From Desulfobacterales bacterium (lineage in GTDB: Bacteria > Desulfobacterota > Desulfobulbia > Desulfobulbales > JAGXFP01): a stretch of DNA of 64,000 nucleotides. The position numbers and the translations under genes are program-made. The stretch covers positions 48,784 through 112,783 of the forward strand of contig JAGXFP010000071.1 in the NCBI GenBank assembly GCA_024637225.1, written 5' to 3'. The notes beneath the pieces were generated by a model. It saw only the letters and a list, made by a program, of their open reading frames with translations. It was not told the origin of the DNA and did not search any database. Below, in pieces: positions 34,819-44,916 of this stretch. Each line of letters begins with the position of its first letter. Position 1 is the first letter of the stretch.

Positions 34819-35115
34819 TCAAAGCAAGGGGTCGATAATCCGGCGAACCTCCAGGGGTTCGCACCCGCGAAGGGCGACTCGCTTGCGGCGCCCTTGGTGG
34901 CCGCTGTGCAGGGTGACCGCCGATTTGGGCAGCTTGAGGAGTTTGGCGATAAAAGTGATCACCTGGGCATTGGCCTTGCCGTCAACCGGCGGCGCGGTGA
35001 TGGCAAGCTTGATCGCCCCGTCGTGCAAACCCACCACCCTGGTCCGGGACGCTTTCGGCTGTACATAAAGATCGAGGATCAGCAGGTTGTCCCCGCTGGA
35101 TGTCAAGTAGGGCAT
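34819..35115 (-). CDS. DUF167 (YggU) family protein
   Basis: L..YVQPKASR..V.G.H.G.IK..I.APPVDGKAN pattern, about 98 aa, in a yggT/divIVA neighbourhood. Confidence 0.85.
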   Translation of the reverse strand: MPYLTSSGDNLLILDLYVQPKASRTRVVGLHDGAIKLAITAPPVDGKANAQVITFIAKLLKLPKSAVTLHSGHQGRRKRVALRGCEPLEVRRIIDPLL

Positions 35116-35153
35116 GGGATAGGGAGCGATGTCCTCCTCGACTGGATTAGTGG

Positions 35154-36047
35154 TCAGTCGTTCTTGTCTTCGTCGCTGATCGAGATCGAAGGCTCCAGGT
35201 CATCGAGAGGGTCCTCCAGGGAAAAGAGCATCTCTTCATCCTCGTCGTTCAGGTCTTCCATGGAAATAAATGGGGCCAGATCCTCATCCGTATCGCCCTC
35301 CAGGTCGTCGATATCGTTTAGATCCAAGGTCGCCGGTTCGTCATCCTCCGGGTTTTGGTGATGGTCGGCCAGATCGATCTTTTCATAAAGATCCTCGAGA
35401 TCGTCTTCACCTAGGCCGGCGTGGTTGGCGCCGGGCTCTTCCTCAAAGGAGGGCGCAGCCTCCTCGTTCTCGACCGGCAAGGGCTCAAGGGCGTTCAGCC
35501 CGGTTGGAACCGCTTGGTCGATGTGCTCCAGATAGTTGTTCAGCAGCTGCCGCAGGTCGGTCAAGATCCGGTCTTTGATTTTGATCAACCGGTTGATGTT
35601 GGCGGTCAGCTCCCGGTGTTCTTTTTTGGAATTATCCAATACCCGCCCGGCCTCGATTTCGGCATTGGCGGTTAGTTCCTCCGCCTCGCGGCGCGAATTT
35701 TCGAGGAGTTCGTCGACTTCCCGGCGCACCCTTTGCTCCATCTCGTCGGCGCTTTCCCGGGCGTTGACGACGATTTCCTCCGCCTCCCGGCGGCTCTTGG
35801 CCTGCATTTCGTCGCTTATCCTCTGGGCTGACAGGATAGCGCTTTGGAAGGCCTGCTCCTTGTTGCGGAAATTGGCCAGCTCCTTGTTCATGGTTTCGAC
35901 TTTTTCAAGAAGTTGTTTGTTTTCCAGGGTTACGACCAGGAATTCTTCCGCGACTGTCTCCAGGAATTTATCGACCTCGTCCATGTCGAAGCCGCGCATG
36001 CGGGTATGGAATTGTTTGGCTTGAATATCTTGCGGGGTAATGGTCAT
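35154..36047 (-). CDS. DivIVA domain protein with a long acidic C-terminal tail
   Basis: N-terminus ITPQDIQAKQFHTRMRGFDMDEVDKFL, followed by coiled-coil and a D/E-rich tail. Confidence 0.85.
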   Translation of the reverse strand: MTITPQDIQAKQFHTRMRGFDMDEVDKFLETVAEEFLVVTLENKQLLEKVETMNKELANFRNKEQAFQSAILSAQRISDEMQAKSRREAEEIVVNARESADEMEQRVRREVDELLENSRREAEELTANAEIEAGRVLDNSKKEHRELTANINRLIKIKDRILTDLRQLLNNYLEHIDQAVPTGLNALEPLPVENEEAAPSFEEEPGANHAGLGEDDLEDLYEKIDLADHHQNPEDDEPATLDLNDIDDLEGDTDEDLAPFISMEDLNDEDEEMLFSLEDPLDDLEPSISISDEDKND

Positions 36048-36086
36048 GTGCTTTCTGCTCCTGTTTGTGATGGCGTCGGCATGGGG

Positions 36087-36389
36087 TCATCCTCCGATAG
36101 AGAGCGCGATCTGCTGCAGGGTGGGCACGATAAAGCTTCGCAGAAACATAATGGCGATAATCAGGATCATCGGCGAAAAATCGATAGCGCCGCCGATCAT
36201 CGGGACCACCCTTCTGATTTGAGCCAGCAGGGGTTCGGTGACCTCATAGACAAAGCGGACAATGGGATTGTAGGGATCGGCGTTGACCCATGAGATAATG
36301 GCCCGGCCGATCACGATCCAGATATAGGCGCTTAAAACCAGATCCAGCAGGGTGGCCAGGGCTCTTAAGAAATTACTGATCACGAACAT
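36087..36389 (-). CDS. YggT family membrane protein
   Basis: About 100 aa with two hydrophobic segments. It has the typical ...ISW....PYNP...F.Y..TEP.L..IR pattern. Confidence 0.85.
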   Translation of the reverse strand: MFVISNFLRALATLLDLVLSAYIWIVIGRAIISWVNADPYNPIVRFVYEVTEPLLAQIRRVVPMIGGAIDFSPMILIIAIMFLRSFIVPTLQQIALSIGG

Positions 36390-36638
36390 GTTTATGAAAA
36401 TCTCCTGATTACTGATTATGACGGCGGCACAAAAAAAGGCCCTGAAGGCATATCGCCGATCTACCGCGGCTAAGCAGTGCCTGGTTCTTTGCCAAAGCGA
36501 CTGTAAATAATAATTCTTAATCTATCAAAAAAACAACATCTTAGGCAATAAAACAATTTCGGGAGGATATCCCGCCGGCGGAAATTGCCCGGTCGGATAC
36601 TTAAAAGTCCGGTTCCGCCGCTCTGGCTTCCCCGGCGG

Positions 36639-38576
36639 CTATGCCACCTTGCTGCCGGCCGCGGCGGCGCCGGTGACTGTGGTGAGAACCAGGTTGTCGC
36701 CGTCTCTGGCGGCCAGGACCATGCCCTGGGAGGTGACCCCCATCAGCTTGGTCGGCTTCAGGTTGGCGACGATTATCACCTTTTTGCCGACTAACTCCTC
36801 CGGCTGGTAAAACTCGGCGATACCTGCAACGATGGTCCGCTCTTCCGGGGCGTTGACGGTGAGCTTGAGAAGGCGGTCCGATTTCTTGATCGCTTCGGCA
36901 CGGGTTATCTCCCCGACCCGAAGGTCGATCTCCTTGAAACGTTCAAAGCCGATCAACCCCTCGGGCATCTCCGCCTCCAGGCGGCCCGCTTTGGCCCCCT
37001 TTTTGGGGGAGTCGGTTGCCGGGTTCCCGGCCGGGGCCGGTGTCGGGGTCTTCTTTTTAAGACGGGGGAACAAGGTCTCCCCCGGGGTTATCGATGAGGC
37101 CGGGACCAGGAGGCCCCATCGCCCCTGACTGTCAAGGTTCGGCGGTGAAACCGCACCCAGGGCGGCCCCCATCCTGATCGCGGTAGCCGGCATGACGGGA
37201 TGCAGGGTCAGGGTGATCAGCCGCAAGGTCTCCAGCAGGGTGTAGAGCACGGTATCGAGCCGTTCCCGGTTGGCCGGATCCTTGGCCAGTTCCCAGGGGG
37301 CATTGGTGACGATATAGCGGTTGGCCATGCCGATCACCTTCCAGATTTCCCGGAGGGCCCGGTTGAAGGCAAAAGCCTCCATCTGCTCCCGGTATTCGGC
37401 GACCATGGTGATGGCGGCTTCGGCCAGTTCCCGGTCACTGTCCTGCATCGTGCCCTGGTCCGGCACTTTGCCGGCGCAGAAATTTTTGACCATGGTCAGG
37501 GAGCGGCTGACCAGATTGCCGAGGTCGTTGGCCAGATCGGCGTTATGCCGGTTGATCAGGGCGTCGTAGCTGAAAGAGGAGTCCAGGCCGAAGGACATCT
37601 CCCGCAGGAGAAAGTAGCGGACCGAGTCGGCCCCGCATTCGTTGATCAGATCGGCCGGCCGGATTACGTTGCCGATCGATTTGGACATCTTGGTTTCATT
37701 GACGTTCCAGTAGCCGTGGACGTGCAGTTTCCGGTAAGGCTCCAGGCCCAGGGACTTCAGCATGGTCGGCCAGTAGATCGCGTGGGGTTTGAGGATGTCC
37801 TTGGCGATCAGGTGTTCGGCCCCCTGCCAGTAGCGCGCGAAATCGGGGCCGTCCGGATAGTCGATTCCGGTCAGGTAGTTGATCAGGGCGTCGAACCAGA
37901 CGTAGGTGACGAACTTGTCGTCAAAGGGCAGGGGGATGCCCCAGGTCAGGCGGCTGGTTGGCCTGGAGATGCAGAGGTCTTCCAGCGGTTCCTTGAGGAA
38001 GGAGAGGACCTCGTTGCGGTAGCGCTCCGGCTGGATGAAATCTGGATTTTGTTCGATGTGGCCGATCAGCCATTCCTGGTACTTCGACATCCGGAAGAAG
38101 TAATTCTGCTCGGAGATTGATTCCGGCGGGGTCAGGTGGTCGGGGCAGTTGCCGTCAACCAGTTCCTTCTCGGTGAGGAAGCGGTCGCACCCCTTGCAGT
38201 AGAGGCCCGAGTATTCGCTGAAGTATATGTCGCCCCGGTCGTGGACCTGCCGGAGGATGTCCTGGACCGTTTTGATATGATTCGGGTCGGTGGTGCGGAT
38301 GAAGTTGTCCGGTTCGATATGCAGGGGCGGCCAGGCCTCCCGGAACATCAGGCTGATCCGGTCCACGTATTCCTTGGGGGTTTCGTTCGCTCGGGCCGCT
38401 GCTTCGGCGATCTTGTCGCCGTGTTCGTCAGTGCCGGTCTGAAAGCGCACCTCGTTGCCGGCTATCTTCTGAAAACGGCTGACGGTATCGGCGATAATGG
38501 TCGAGTAGGCGTGGCCGAGATGCGGTTGGGCGTTGACGTAGAAAATCGGGGTGGTTATGTAGAAACTCATGATCAC
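36639..38576 (-). CDS. metG: methionine--tRNA ligase with a C-terminal tRNA-binding (Trbp111/EMAP-like) domain
   Basis: HLGHAYS (HIGH), KMSKS, and C-terminal DLRVGEI..AE.I..SD.LLKL.V. Confidence 0.97.
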   Translation of the reverse strand: MIMSFYITTPIFYVNAQPHLGHAYSTIIADTVSRFQKIAGNEVRFQTGTDEHGDKIAEAAARANETPKEYVDRISLMFREAWPPLHIEPDNFIRTTDPNHIKTVQDILRQVHDRGDIYFSEYSGLYCKGCDRFLTEKELVDGNCPDHLTPPESISEQNYFFRMSKYQEWLIGHIEQNPDFIQPERYRNEVLSFLKEPLEDLCISRPTSRLTWGIPLPFDDKFVTYVWFDALINYLTGIDYPDGPDFARYWQGAEHLIAKDILKPHAIYWPTMLKSLGLEPYRKLHVHGYWNVNETKMSKSIGNVIRPADLINECGADSVRYFLLREMSFGLDSSFSYDALINRHNADLANDLGNLVSRSLTMVKNFCAGKVPDQGTMQDSDRELAEAAITMVAEYREQMEAFAFNRALREIWKVIGMANRYIVTNAPWELAKDPANRERLDTVLYTLLETLRLITLTLHPVMPATAIRMGAALGAVSPPNLDSQGRWGLLVPASSITPGETLFPRLKKKTPTPAPAGNPATDSPKKGAKAGRLEAEMPEGLIGFERFKEIDLRVGEITRAEAIKKSDRLLKLTVNAPEERTIVAGIAEFYQPEELVGKKVIIVANLKPTKLMGVTSQGMVLAARDGDNLVLTTVTGAAAAGSKVA

Positions 38577-39646
38577 TCTTCCCGGGATTTTCCGGTCGGT
38601 TGCCTGGAGCCCCGCCGGGATTCCCTTTCGGTTCCGGCGGGAGCTTTCTGGGATTTATGCTGACGGCCCTTGTTCTTCTGCTTTTTCGGCGGCGCCGGTC
38701 TGTTTTGGTTCTGCTCCCTGGCCGGTTCTACTCCCTTCATGGCCAGCCATTCTTCCTTGGTGATAACCTGTTTCTGATCGGGATTGCCAAGGGGCATGAT
38801 GGTTACTTCTTCTTTGAGGATATTACTTTGCATGACTTTGTAATCGACGCCGTCCGAGGTGAAGGTCTTGCCCGGTCTCGGCATGCCCTTGCGGAGTTTG
38901 TGATAGGTCTTGTACTCATAGGTGAGGCAGCAGAGAAGCCGGTTGCATACCCCGGAAATCTTGGCGGGGTTCAGGGGCAGGTTCTGCTCCTTGGCCATTT
39001 TGATCGAGACCGGCGCGAAATCCTGCAGAAAAGAGGAACAGCATAATTCGCGGCCGCAGCCGCCCAGGCCGCCGATCATCTTGGTTTCGTGGCGCACCCC
39101 GATCTGGCGAATCTCGACCCTGGTCCGGAACTCCTGGACCAGATCCTTGACCAGTTCCCGGAAATCGACCCGGTTTTCGGCGGTGAAATAGAAGATGATC
39201 TTGCTGCCGTTGAAGAGTCTTTCCACCCTGGTCAGCTTCATGGCCAGCCGGTGCTTTTCGATATGCTTCCGGCAGATGGCGAAGGCCTCGGTTTCCCTTT
39301 CCATCAATCTTTCGATCTTGGGCTGCTCGTCGCGATTGGCCCTTCTGACGATGAGGTAGCTGGCCTTCTGAGTGGCCTCGTTGCCGGGAATGTCCAGTTG
39401 GGGGCCGATTCCGGTTACCGTAGCCGGCTCAAGTCCGTGGTCGGTCTGGATCATTACCGATTCGTTCCGCTCAAGGTCGGCGATCCGGGAGGTGGCTGAG
39501 ACGGCGGGCAGATTGGTCCTGAACCGCACGTAATAAAAATTATCCAGAAGCGGCGCCGGCTTGTTATCCTGGGGGTCGGGGGTCCCGCCGGCCTCGTCGG
39601 GCTTTTCAATATCTTTGGGAGAGTTATCCTGCAAGATTTTCCTCAA
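38573..39646 (-). CDS. PSP1 domain protein (RicT/YaaT-like) with a basic C-terminal extension
   Basis: PSP1 C-terminal-domain pattern (IIFYFTAENRVDFRELVKDL, GGCGRELCCSSFL). ATGA overlap with the metG start. Confidence 0.8.
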   Translation of the reverse strand: MRKILQDNSPKDIEKPDEAGGTPDPQDNKPAPLLDNFYYVRFRTNLPAVSATSRIADLERNESVMIQTDHGLEPATVTGIGPQLDIPGNEATQKASYLIVRRANRDEQPKIERLMERETEAFAICRKHIEKHRLAMKLTRVERLFNGSKIIFYFTAENRVDFRELVKDLVQEFRTRVEIRQIGVRHETKMIGGLGGCGRELCCSSFLQDFAPVSIKMAKEQNLPLNPAKISGVCNRLLCCLTYEYKTYHKLRKGMPRPGKTFTSDGVDYKVMQSNILKEEVTIMPLGNPDQKQVITKEEWLAMKGVEPAREQNQNRPAPPKKQKNKGRQHKSQKAPAGTERESRRGSRQPTGKSREE

Positions 39647-39654
39647 TTAATGAT

Positions 39655-39799
39655 GATGGCGTTCGCGATATTTTTATAAAACTAAGTCATTGAGCGGCGC
39701 GAGGCAATCGAGAAACTTGTGGCTGGTTGAAAACAGCGGCTGGCTCGGTCTCTTCGCCTCCGTAATAGGGTCAGCAAACCGGGTTTCCGCGAACTTATC
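39655..39799. repeat. degenerate MITE-like element (family 2-related)
   Basis: GATGGCGTTCGCGATATTT ... GGTTTCCGCGAACTTATC imperfect inverted ends. The core GTCATTGAGCGGCGCGAGGCAATCGAG resembles the family-2 core. Confidence 0.4.
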
Positions 39800-39881
39800 A
39801 ACAATTACGGGCAATTGGTTTGAGTTCCCACCCGCTCCGGGCGAGGCTAAATCAATCTCACATAATAACAGGACCGGTTGT

Positions 39882-40877
39882 TTAAAGCAATCCAAAGAAG
39901 AGGTCTTCGCAGACCAGGGACTTGTTGCAGTTGCGGGCCAGTTGGCGGCGTGCCCGGTCGAACAGTTCGAGTCGGTCGAGAAGCTCGGCGGTCGTCCAGG
40001 CGGGCATATCCCGGTCCGTCAGGCCCGGCAGATCGCGGTTGACGATCTCCTCCGGCAGGTAGTTGGCGAGCATGATCAGATCCCGGAACCATAATTTGAG
40101 CAGATCGAGCAGGTCGGGAAGGCGATCGGCGAGGGCGGCAGCCTGTTCGGCAAGGCCGAAAACGGTAACAGCGGCGGCTCGGTCGGCTTGTTCCATCTCC
40201 ATCAATTTGTCAATTATGAGCCGTCTGGTCAGGAGCAGTTCCGAATCGGCCAGCATCGCGGCCCGGCCCAGGCTGCCGTCGGTAATGGCGGCCAGGGCGG
40301 CGGCAGCATCCCGATCGATCCCGGAACTGCCCAGCCTTTCCGCAACCACTTCCCGGTCCAGGCCGGTGAAGGGGATGATCTGGCAGCGGGAAATAATGGT
40401 CGGCAGGATTTCCCCCGCCTCGTCGCCGGTCAGGATCAGCTGGTTGCCGGGCGGCGGCTCCTCGATGATTTTCAGCAGGCTGTTGGCAGCCTCGCGCCGC
40501 ATCGTGTGCACATCGGCGATCATGATGATCCGGTAGGCGGCCTCAAAGGGCGGGAAGGACAAGGCGTGTTTCAGTTCCCGGATCTGTTTGATCTTGATAG
40601 AAGCGCCTTCGGGTTCGACCAGGAGCAGGTCGGGATGATTGCCCGATTTAAGTTTGCGGCAGGAACGGCACAAGCCGCAGGCGTCCTGGTCGGCGGTGGG
40701 GTTTTGGCAGTTCAGGTAATTGCCGAAGGCCCGGGCCAGGGTTTTCTTGCCAACTCCGGCCGGGCCCCTGAACAGATATGCGTGACCCAGGCGGCTGCCC
40801 TGCACCGCCCGGCGCAGCAGCTTCTTGGCCTTGTCCTGGCCGAGAACCGAAGCGATGGTGAATTGATCGCCCGTCAC
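39882..40877 (-). CDS. holB: DNA polymerase III subunit delta'
   Basis: HAYLFRGPAGVGKKTLA and the Zn module C..C..CRSCRK...GNHPD. A GTG start at 40877 forms a GTGA overlap with the upstream stop. The track start at 41006 would overlap the neighbour by 130 nt. Confidence 0.85.
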   Translation of the reverse strand: MTGDQFTIASVLGQDKAKKLLRRAVQGSRLGHAYLFRGPAGVGKKTLARAFGNYLNCQNPTADQDACGLCRSCRKLKSGNHPDLLLVEPEGASIKIKQIRELKHALSFPPFEAAYRIIMIADVHTMRREAANSLLKIIEEPPPGNQLILTGDEAGEILPTIISRCQIIPFTGLDREVVAERLGSSGIDRDAAAALAAITDGSLGRAAMLADSELLLTRRLIIDKLMEMEQADRAAAVTVFGLAEQAAALADRLPDLLDLLKLWFRDLIMLANYLPEEIVNRDLPGLTDRDMPAWTTAELLDRLELFDRARRQLARNCNKSLVCEDLFFGLL

Positions 40878-41926
40878 CGGAAGAGGCTCCCCTGCCGGGG
40901 ATCGATTTCGTCGTCGGGGTCGCCCCCCGGGGCCGCGGGATCTATCTCTCCTCCCGTCTGGCGCAGGAACAGGAATCGTTCCAGGTTGCGTTGATATTCG
41001 CTCCACTGATAACCCTCGCCTTCCATCTTGCGGCTCAGGCCGCCGAGATAATCTATTTTGGCGTCAAGATCGTCGAGAAAATTCAGGACAAAGGCTTCCA
41101 GCATCATCGGCAGGCTCGGCGAACCGAACTCGTGGCGGCCGTGGTGGGCGAGGATCAAATGCTTCAGGTGGGTGGCGCTTTCTTCCGGGAACCCGACAAT
41201 CCCGTTGATTTTCTCCTGGATCATCTCGATGCCCAGGACCATGTGGCCGACCAGGCGGCCCCGGTCGGAGTAGTCGTAAGGAAGGACCTCATAGTCGAAT
41301 TCGATCAGTTTGCCGATGTCGTGAAGGATCGCTCCGGCCATCAGCAGGGAACGGTCGACCGCCGGATAAAGCGCGCTGACCGCCGCCGCCGTCCTGGCCA
41401 CCCCCAGGGTGTGCTCGAGAAGCCCGCCCAGGCAGGCGTGGTGCATGTATTTTGCGGCCGGGGCCTTTTTGAACAGGGTGAATATGTGCCGGTCGTTGAT
41501 GAAGGCCAGGGTCAATTCACGGAGATGGGCGTTACTGATACTCTCGGCGAGGGTGGTCAGTTCCGCCGCCATGGACGGTATATCCCCCGCGGTGGCCGGA
41601 ACCAGGGCGGCCATCTCCTCGGCCGGAACCTCGCATTCTTCGAGATGGTCGATCTTGAGCTGCAGGACGTTTCGGTAGGACTGGGCCTGGGCCTTGATTT
41701 TAACGGTGGAGCCCGGCCGGCAGCTTTCCAGGTAGCGGTCGGCGTTTTCCCAGACCCGGCCGGCGATTTCGCCGGAGGCGTCCATTACGGTCAGGGCCAG
41801 GAAGGGTTTGCCGTTTTTTGTTTCGCTGCGGCTTACCTCGCGAACCAGAAAGGTTCCCTGGACGATCTGGTTGTCGCGGATATCCTTGATCATCAACCCT
41901 TTGCTCTTTGCAGAATCGGCAGCCAT
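40874..41926 (-). CDS. OB-fold + HD-domain protein (YhaM/Cbf1-like 3'-5' exoribonuclease family)
   Basis: N-terminal OB-fold-like region (FLV.EV...TKNGKPFLALTVMDASGEI) and HD motifs HHACLGGLLEHTL and ILHDIGK. It shares 1 nt with the purL stop (TGATG). Confidence 0.75.
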   Translation of the reverse strand: MAADSAKSKGLMIKDIRDNQIVQGTFLVREVSRSETKNGKPFLALTVMDASGEIAGRVWENADRYLESCRPGSTVKIKAQAQSYRNVLQLKIDHLEECEVPAEEMAALVPATAGDIPSMAAELTTLAESISNAHLRELTLAFINDRHIFTLFKKAPAAKYMHHACLGGLLEHTLGVARTAAAVSALYPAVDRSLLMAGAILHDIGKLIEFDYEVLPYDYSDRGRLVGHMVLGIEMIQEKINGIVGFPEESATHLKHLILAHHGRHEFGSPSLPMMLEAFVLNFLDDLDAKIDYLGGLSRKMEGEGYQWSEYQRNLERFLFLRQTGGEIDPAAPGGDPDDEIDPRQGSLFR

Positions 41927-44916
41927 CAGAAATCCAGGGTCTTTTGCCAGGCGGACTTGAGTCCGGCCAATGGTTCACTCAGCACCGCGTTACCGTTCAG
42001 GCCGGTGGCGCTAAGGGTTTGCGCGTCGGTCACCTCGCCGATCCTGGCCAGGATCGTCCCGGCCATGGCATTTTCAAAGGCTTCCGCCTTATCGGGAGAA
42101 ACCGTGACCAGCAGGCGGCTCTGGGATTCGGAAAAGAGCAGGACGTCGTCGCGGTCGATCTCCTCGGCGATCACCTCGCGCAGATCGATCGCCATGCCCA
42201 AGCCGCCGGCGAAGGCGGTTTCGGCCAAGGCCACGCCAAGGCCGCCGTCGGAGCAGTCATGGCAGGAGGCGACCAGGCCGGCCACCATCGCTTTTGACAG
42301 GGCCTGGTATCTGGCAAGGGCCTCTTCGCCGTTGACCTTCGGGACCCGGTTGCCGATCGCCCCTAGCTGGGCGGCGTATTCGGAAGCGCCGAGTTCAGGA
42401 TAAGTGGCGCCGAGCAGGTAGACCAGGTCGCCCGCCTTTTTGGCGTCCATGGTCACCGCCTTTCTGACGTCGTCGATTTTGGCGACCACCGAGAAGAGCA
42501 GGGTGGGCGGGATCGAGATCTTGGTGCCGCCCACCTGATAATCGTTTTTCATGCTGTCCTTGCCGGAGATGCAGGGCACTCCGTAGGTCCGGGCGTAATG
42601 GGCCAGGGCCTTGTTGGCCCGGACCAGTTGGGCCAGTTTGTAGGGGCCGTCCGGGGTCTTGTCGGATAAGATCGGATCGCACCAGCAGAAGTTGTCGAGC
42701 CCGGCCATGATCTCAAGGCCGGCCCCGACCGCAACGGCATTACGCACCGCCTCGTCGAAGGCGCAGGCCACCATGTGGTAGCTGTCGATATCGGAGTAGC
42801 GGGGACAGATGCCGTGGGCGATGACCAGCCCCTCGAATGAATCGAGCAGGGGGCGGATCACCGCCGCGTCGCTCGGCCCGTCGTTGGCAATGCCGGTCAG
42901 GGGCTTGACCACGCTGCCGCCCTGGACCTCGTGGTCGTACTGACGGACCACATACTCCTTGCTGCAGACGTTCAGGCGGCCGAGCAGCCCTTTTAGTTCG
43001 CGGCCTAGATCGGGGTCGGCGGCCAGGACCGGTTCGTCGTATTGTTTTTGCTCCCAGCGGGCGGTCATCTGCATCGGCGGCAGCCCCTGGTGGACGAAAT
43101 CCATGTCCATGTAGGCCACGGTTTTGCCCTCGTAGAGCACGTGGAACTTGCCGGAATCGGTGTAGGCGCCGAGGACGGTAGCCTCGACATCCATCTTCTC
43201 GCACAGGGCCATGAATTCGTCGAGTTTCGCGGCCGGCACCGCCAGGGTCATCCGCTCCTGGGCCTCGGAGATGAAGATCTCCCAGGGCTGCAAGCCGGCA
43301 TATTTCAGGGGCGCCTTGTCGAGATGCATTTCGAAACCGTTGGTGTCCTGGGCCATTTCCCCGACTGACGAGGAAAGGCCGCCGGCGCCGTTGTCGGTCA
43401 TGCAGTTATACAGTCCCCGGTCGCGGGCGATCAGCAGGCAGTCGAACATCTTCTTCTGGGTGATCGGATCGCCGATCTGGACCGCGGTCGCCGGCGAGTT
43501 CTCGTTCAGCTCTTCCGAGGAAAAGGTGGCCCCGTGGATGCCGTCCTTGCCGATCCGGCCGCCGGTCATGACGATATGGTCGCCGACCTCAGCCTTCTTG
43601 GCCTCGGAGGGTTTGCCGTTGATTTTGGCCGGCATCATCGCGACGGTGCCGCAGAAGACCAGGGGCTTGCCGGCGAAGCGGTCGTCGAAGACCAGGGAAC
43701 CGTTGACGGTCGGGATGCCGCTCTTGTTGCCGCCGTGCTCGACCCCCTCCCGAACCCCCTCCATGATCCTTTTCGGATGGAGGAGGCGGGCGGGCAGTTC
43801 CTTGTCGTAAAAGGGCGAGGCGAAGCAGAAGACATCGGTGTTGCAGATCAGTTTGGCGCCCATCCCGGTCCCGAAGGGATCGCGATTGACCCCGACGATG
43901 CCGGTCAAGGCCCCGCCGTAAGGGTCCAGGGCCGACGGGCTGTTGTGGGTTTCGGCCTTGAAGACCGTCGACCAGTCGTTATTGAAGCGGACCACCCCGG
44001 CGTTGTCTTTGAAGACCGAGAGGCACCAGTCGTCATCCCCCATGCTCTGGCGGATCTCGGCGGTGGGCTTACGGATATAGGTATCGAAGAGGCTGTGGAT
44101 CCTTTCCCGGGCACCGGTCTCGGCATCCTCGTAGTCGATATCGCCGGCGAAGATCTTGTGCTTGCAGTGCTCCGACCAGGTCTGGGCCAGAACCTCAAGC
44201 TCCACGTCGGTGGACTTTTCGCTTAAGCCCCGGCTCCGGCGCGCCTCGAGGTTGGCCGGATCGGCCAGATAGTCGCGGATGAATTTCATTTCGGCCAGGG
44301 TCAGGGCCAGAACCCCTTCCCGACTGATCCGGACCAGCTCCTCGTCGGGGACCTCGAGATCGATCTCGTTGACCAACGCCTCGCTTTCGACCAGGACCTT
44401 GGGGGCGAAGGGCTCAATGCCGCCGGCCTCCTTGAATTCGTCCCGGCTCATGATGGTGCAGCGCTGGATCAGTTCGTTGGCCAGGGATTTTCTGGCGACC
44501 TTCTCGGCCTCCGCCCGGCTGATTTGGCCGGAGAGAAGGTACTGGATCGAGGTGTAGACTGCCTCGTCGCGGCCGAGCTTGCGGCCGATCATGATCTCCA
44601 GGGCCTGGCCGGCGGTCCTCCCTTCGTTATCGGTGACCCCGGGCCGGAAGCCCACCTCGATCAGCCAGTCGAAAGGGTGGTCCCAGTCGAGGGCAAGGGG
44701 GGAAAGCGACCAGTCCTGGGTGACCGGGTCGCTGTAGGGACCGGCGGCGGCGGCGGCAAGCTGCTCGCCACTGATCTCGGCATCGACCGTAAAGACCTTG
44801 ACGGTCCTGACCGCGTCGATCTTCAACCCTAGATCGGTGCGGATCTTCCGGCGGGTGTTTTCCCCGAAGGAATCGTTTAGGGAAGGCTTGAGTCCTACCT
44901 GGATGCGGGCGAGCAT
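41926..44916 (-). CDS. purL: phosphoribosylformylglycinamidine synthase, large PurL-type protein with an N-terminal PurS-like extension
   Basis: ETHNSPSALDPYGGA, DNAGVV and duplicated AIR-synthase-like domains; 996 aa. Confidence 0.93.
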   Translation of the reverse strand: MLARIQVGLKPSLNDSFGENTRRKIRTDLGLKIDAVRTVKVFTVDAEISGEQLAAAAAGPYSDPVTQDWSLSPLALDWDHPFDWLIEVGFRPGVTDNEGRTAGQALEIMIGRKLGRDEAVYTSIQYLLSGQISRAEAEKVARKSLANELIQRCTIMSRDEFKEAGGIEPFAPKVLVESEALVNEIDLEVPDEELVRISREGVLALTLAEMKFIRDYLADPANLEARRSRGLSEKSTDVELEVLAQTWSEHCKHKIFAGDIDYEDAETGARERIHSLFDTYIRKPTAEIRQSMGDDDWCLSVFKDNAGVVRFNNDWSTVFKAETHNSPSALDPYGGALTGIVGVNRDPFGTGMGAKLICNTDVFCFASPFYDKELPARLLHPKRIMEGVREGVEHGGNKSGIPTVNGSLVFDDRFAGKPLVFCGTVAMMPAKINGKPSEAKKAEVGDHIVMTGGRIGKDGIHGATFSSEELNENSPATAVQIGDPITQKKMFDCLLIARDRGLYNCMTDNGAGGLSSSVGEMAQDTNGFEMHLDKAPLKYAGLQPWEIFISEAQERMTLAVPAAKLDEFMALCEKMDVEATVLGAYTDSGKFHVLYEGKTVAYMDMDFVHQGLPPMQMTARWEQKQYDEPVLAADPDLGRELKGLLGRLNVCSKEYVVRQYDHEVQGGSVVKPLTGIANDGPSDAAVIRPLLDSFEGLVIAHGICPRYSDIDSYHMVACAFDEAVRNAVAVGAGLEIMAGLDNFCWCDPILSDKTPDGPYKLAQLVRANKALAHYARTYGVPCISGKDSMKNDYQVGGTKISIPPTLLFSVVAKIDDVRKAVTMDAKKAGDLVYLLGATYPELGASEYAAQLGAIGNRVPKVNGEEALARYQALSKAMVAGLVASCHDCSDGGLGVALAETAFAGGLGMAIDLREVIAEEIDRDDVLLFSESQSRLLVTVSPDKAEAFENAMAGTILARIGEVTDAQTLSATGLNGNAVLSEPLAGLKSAWQKTLDF

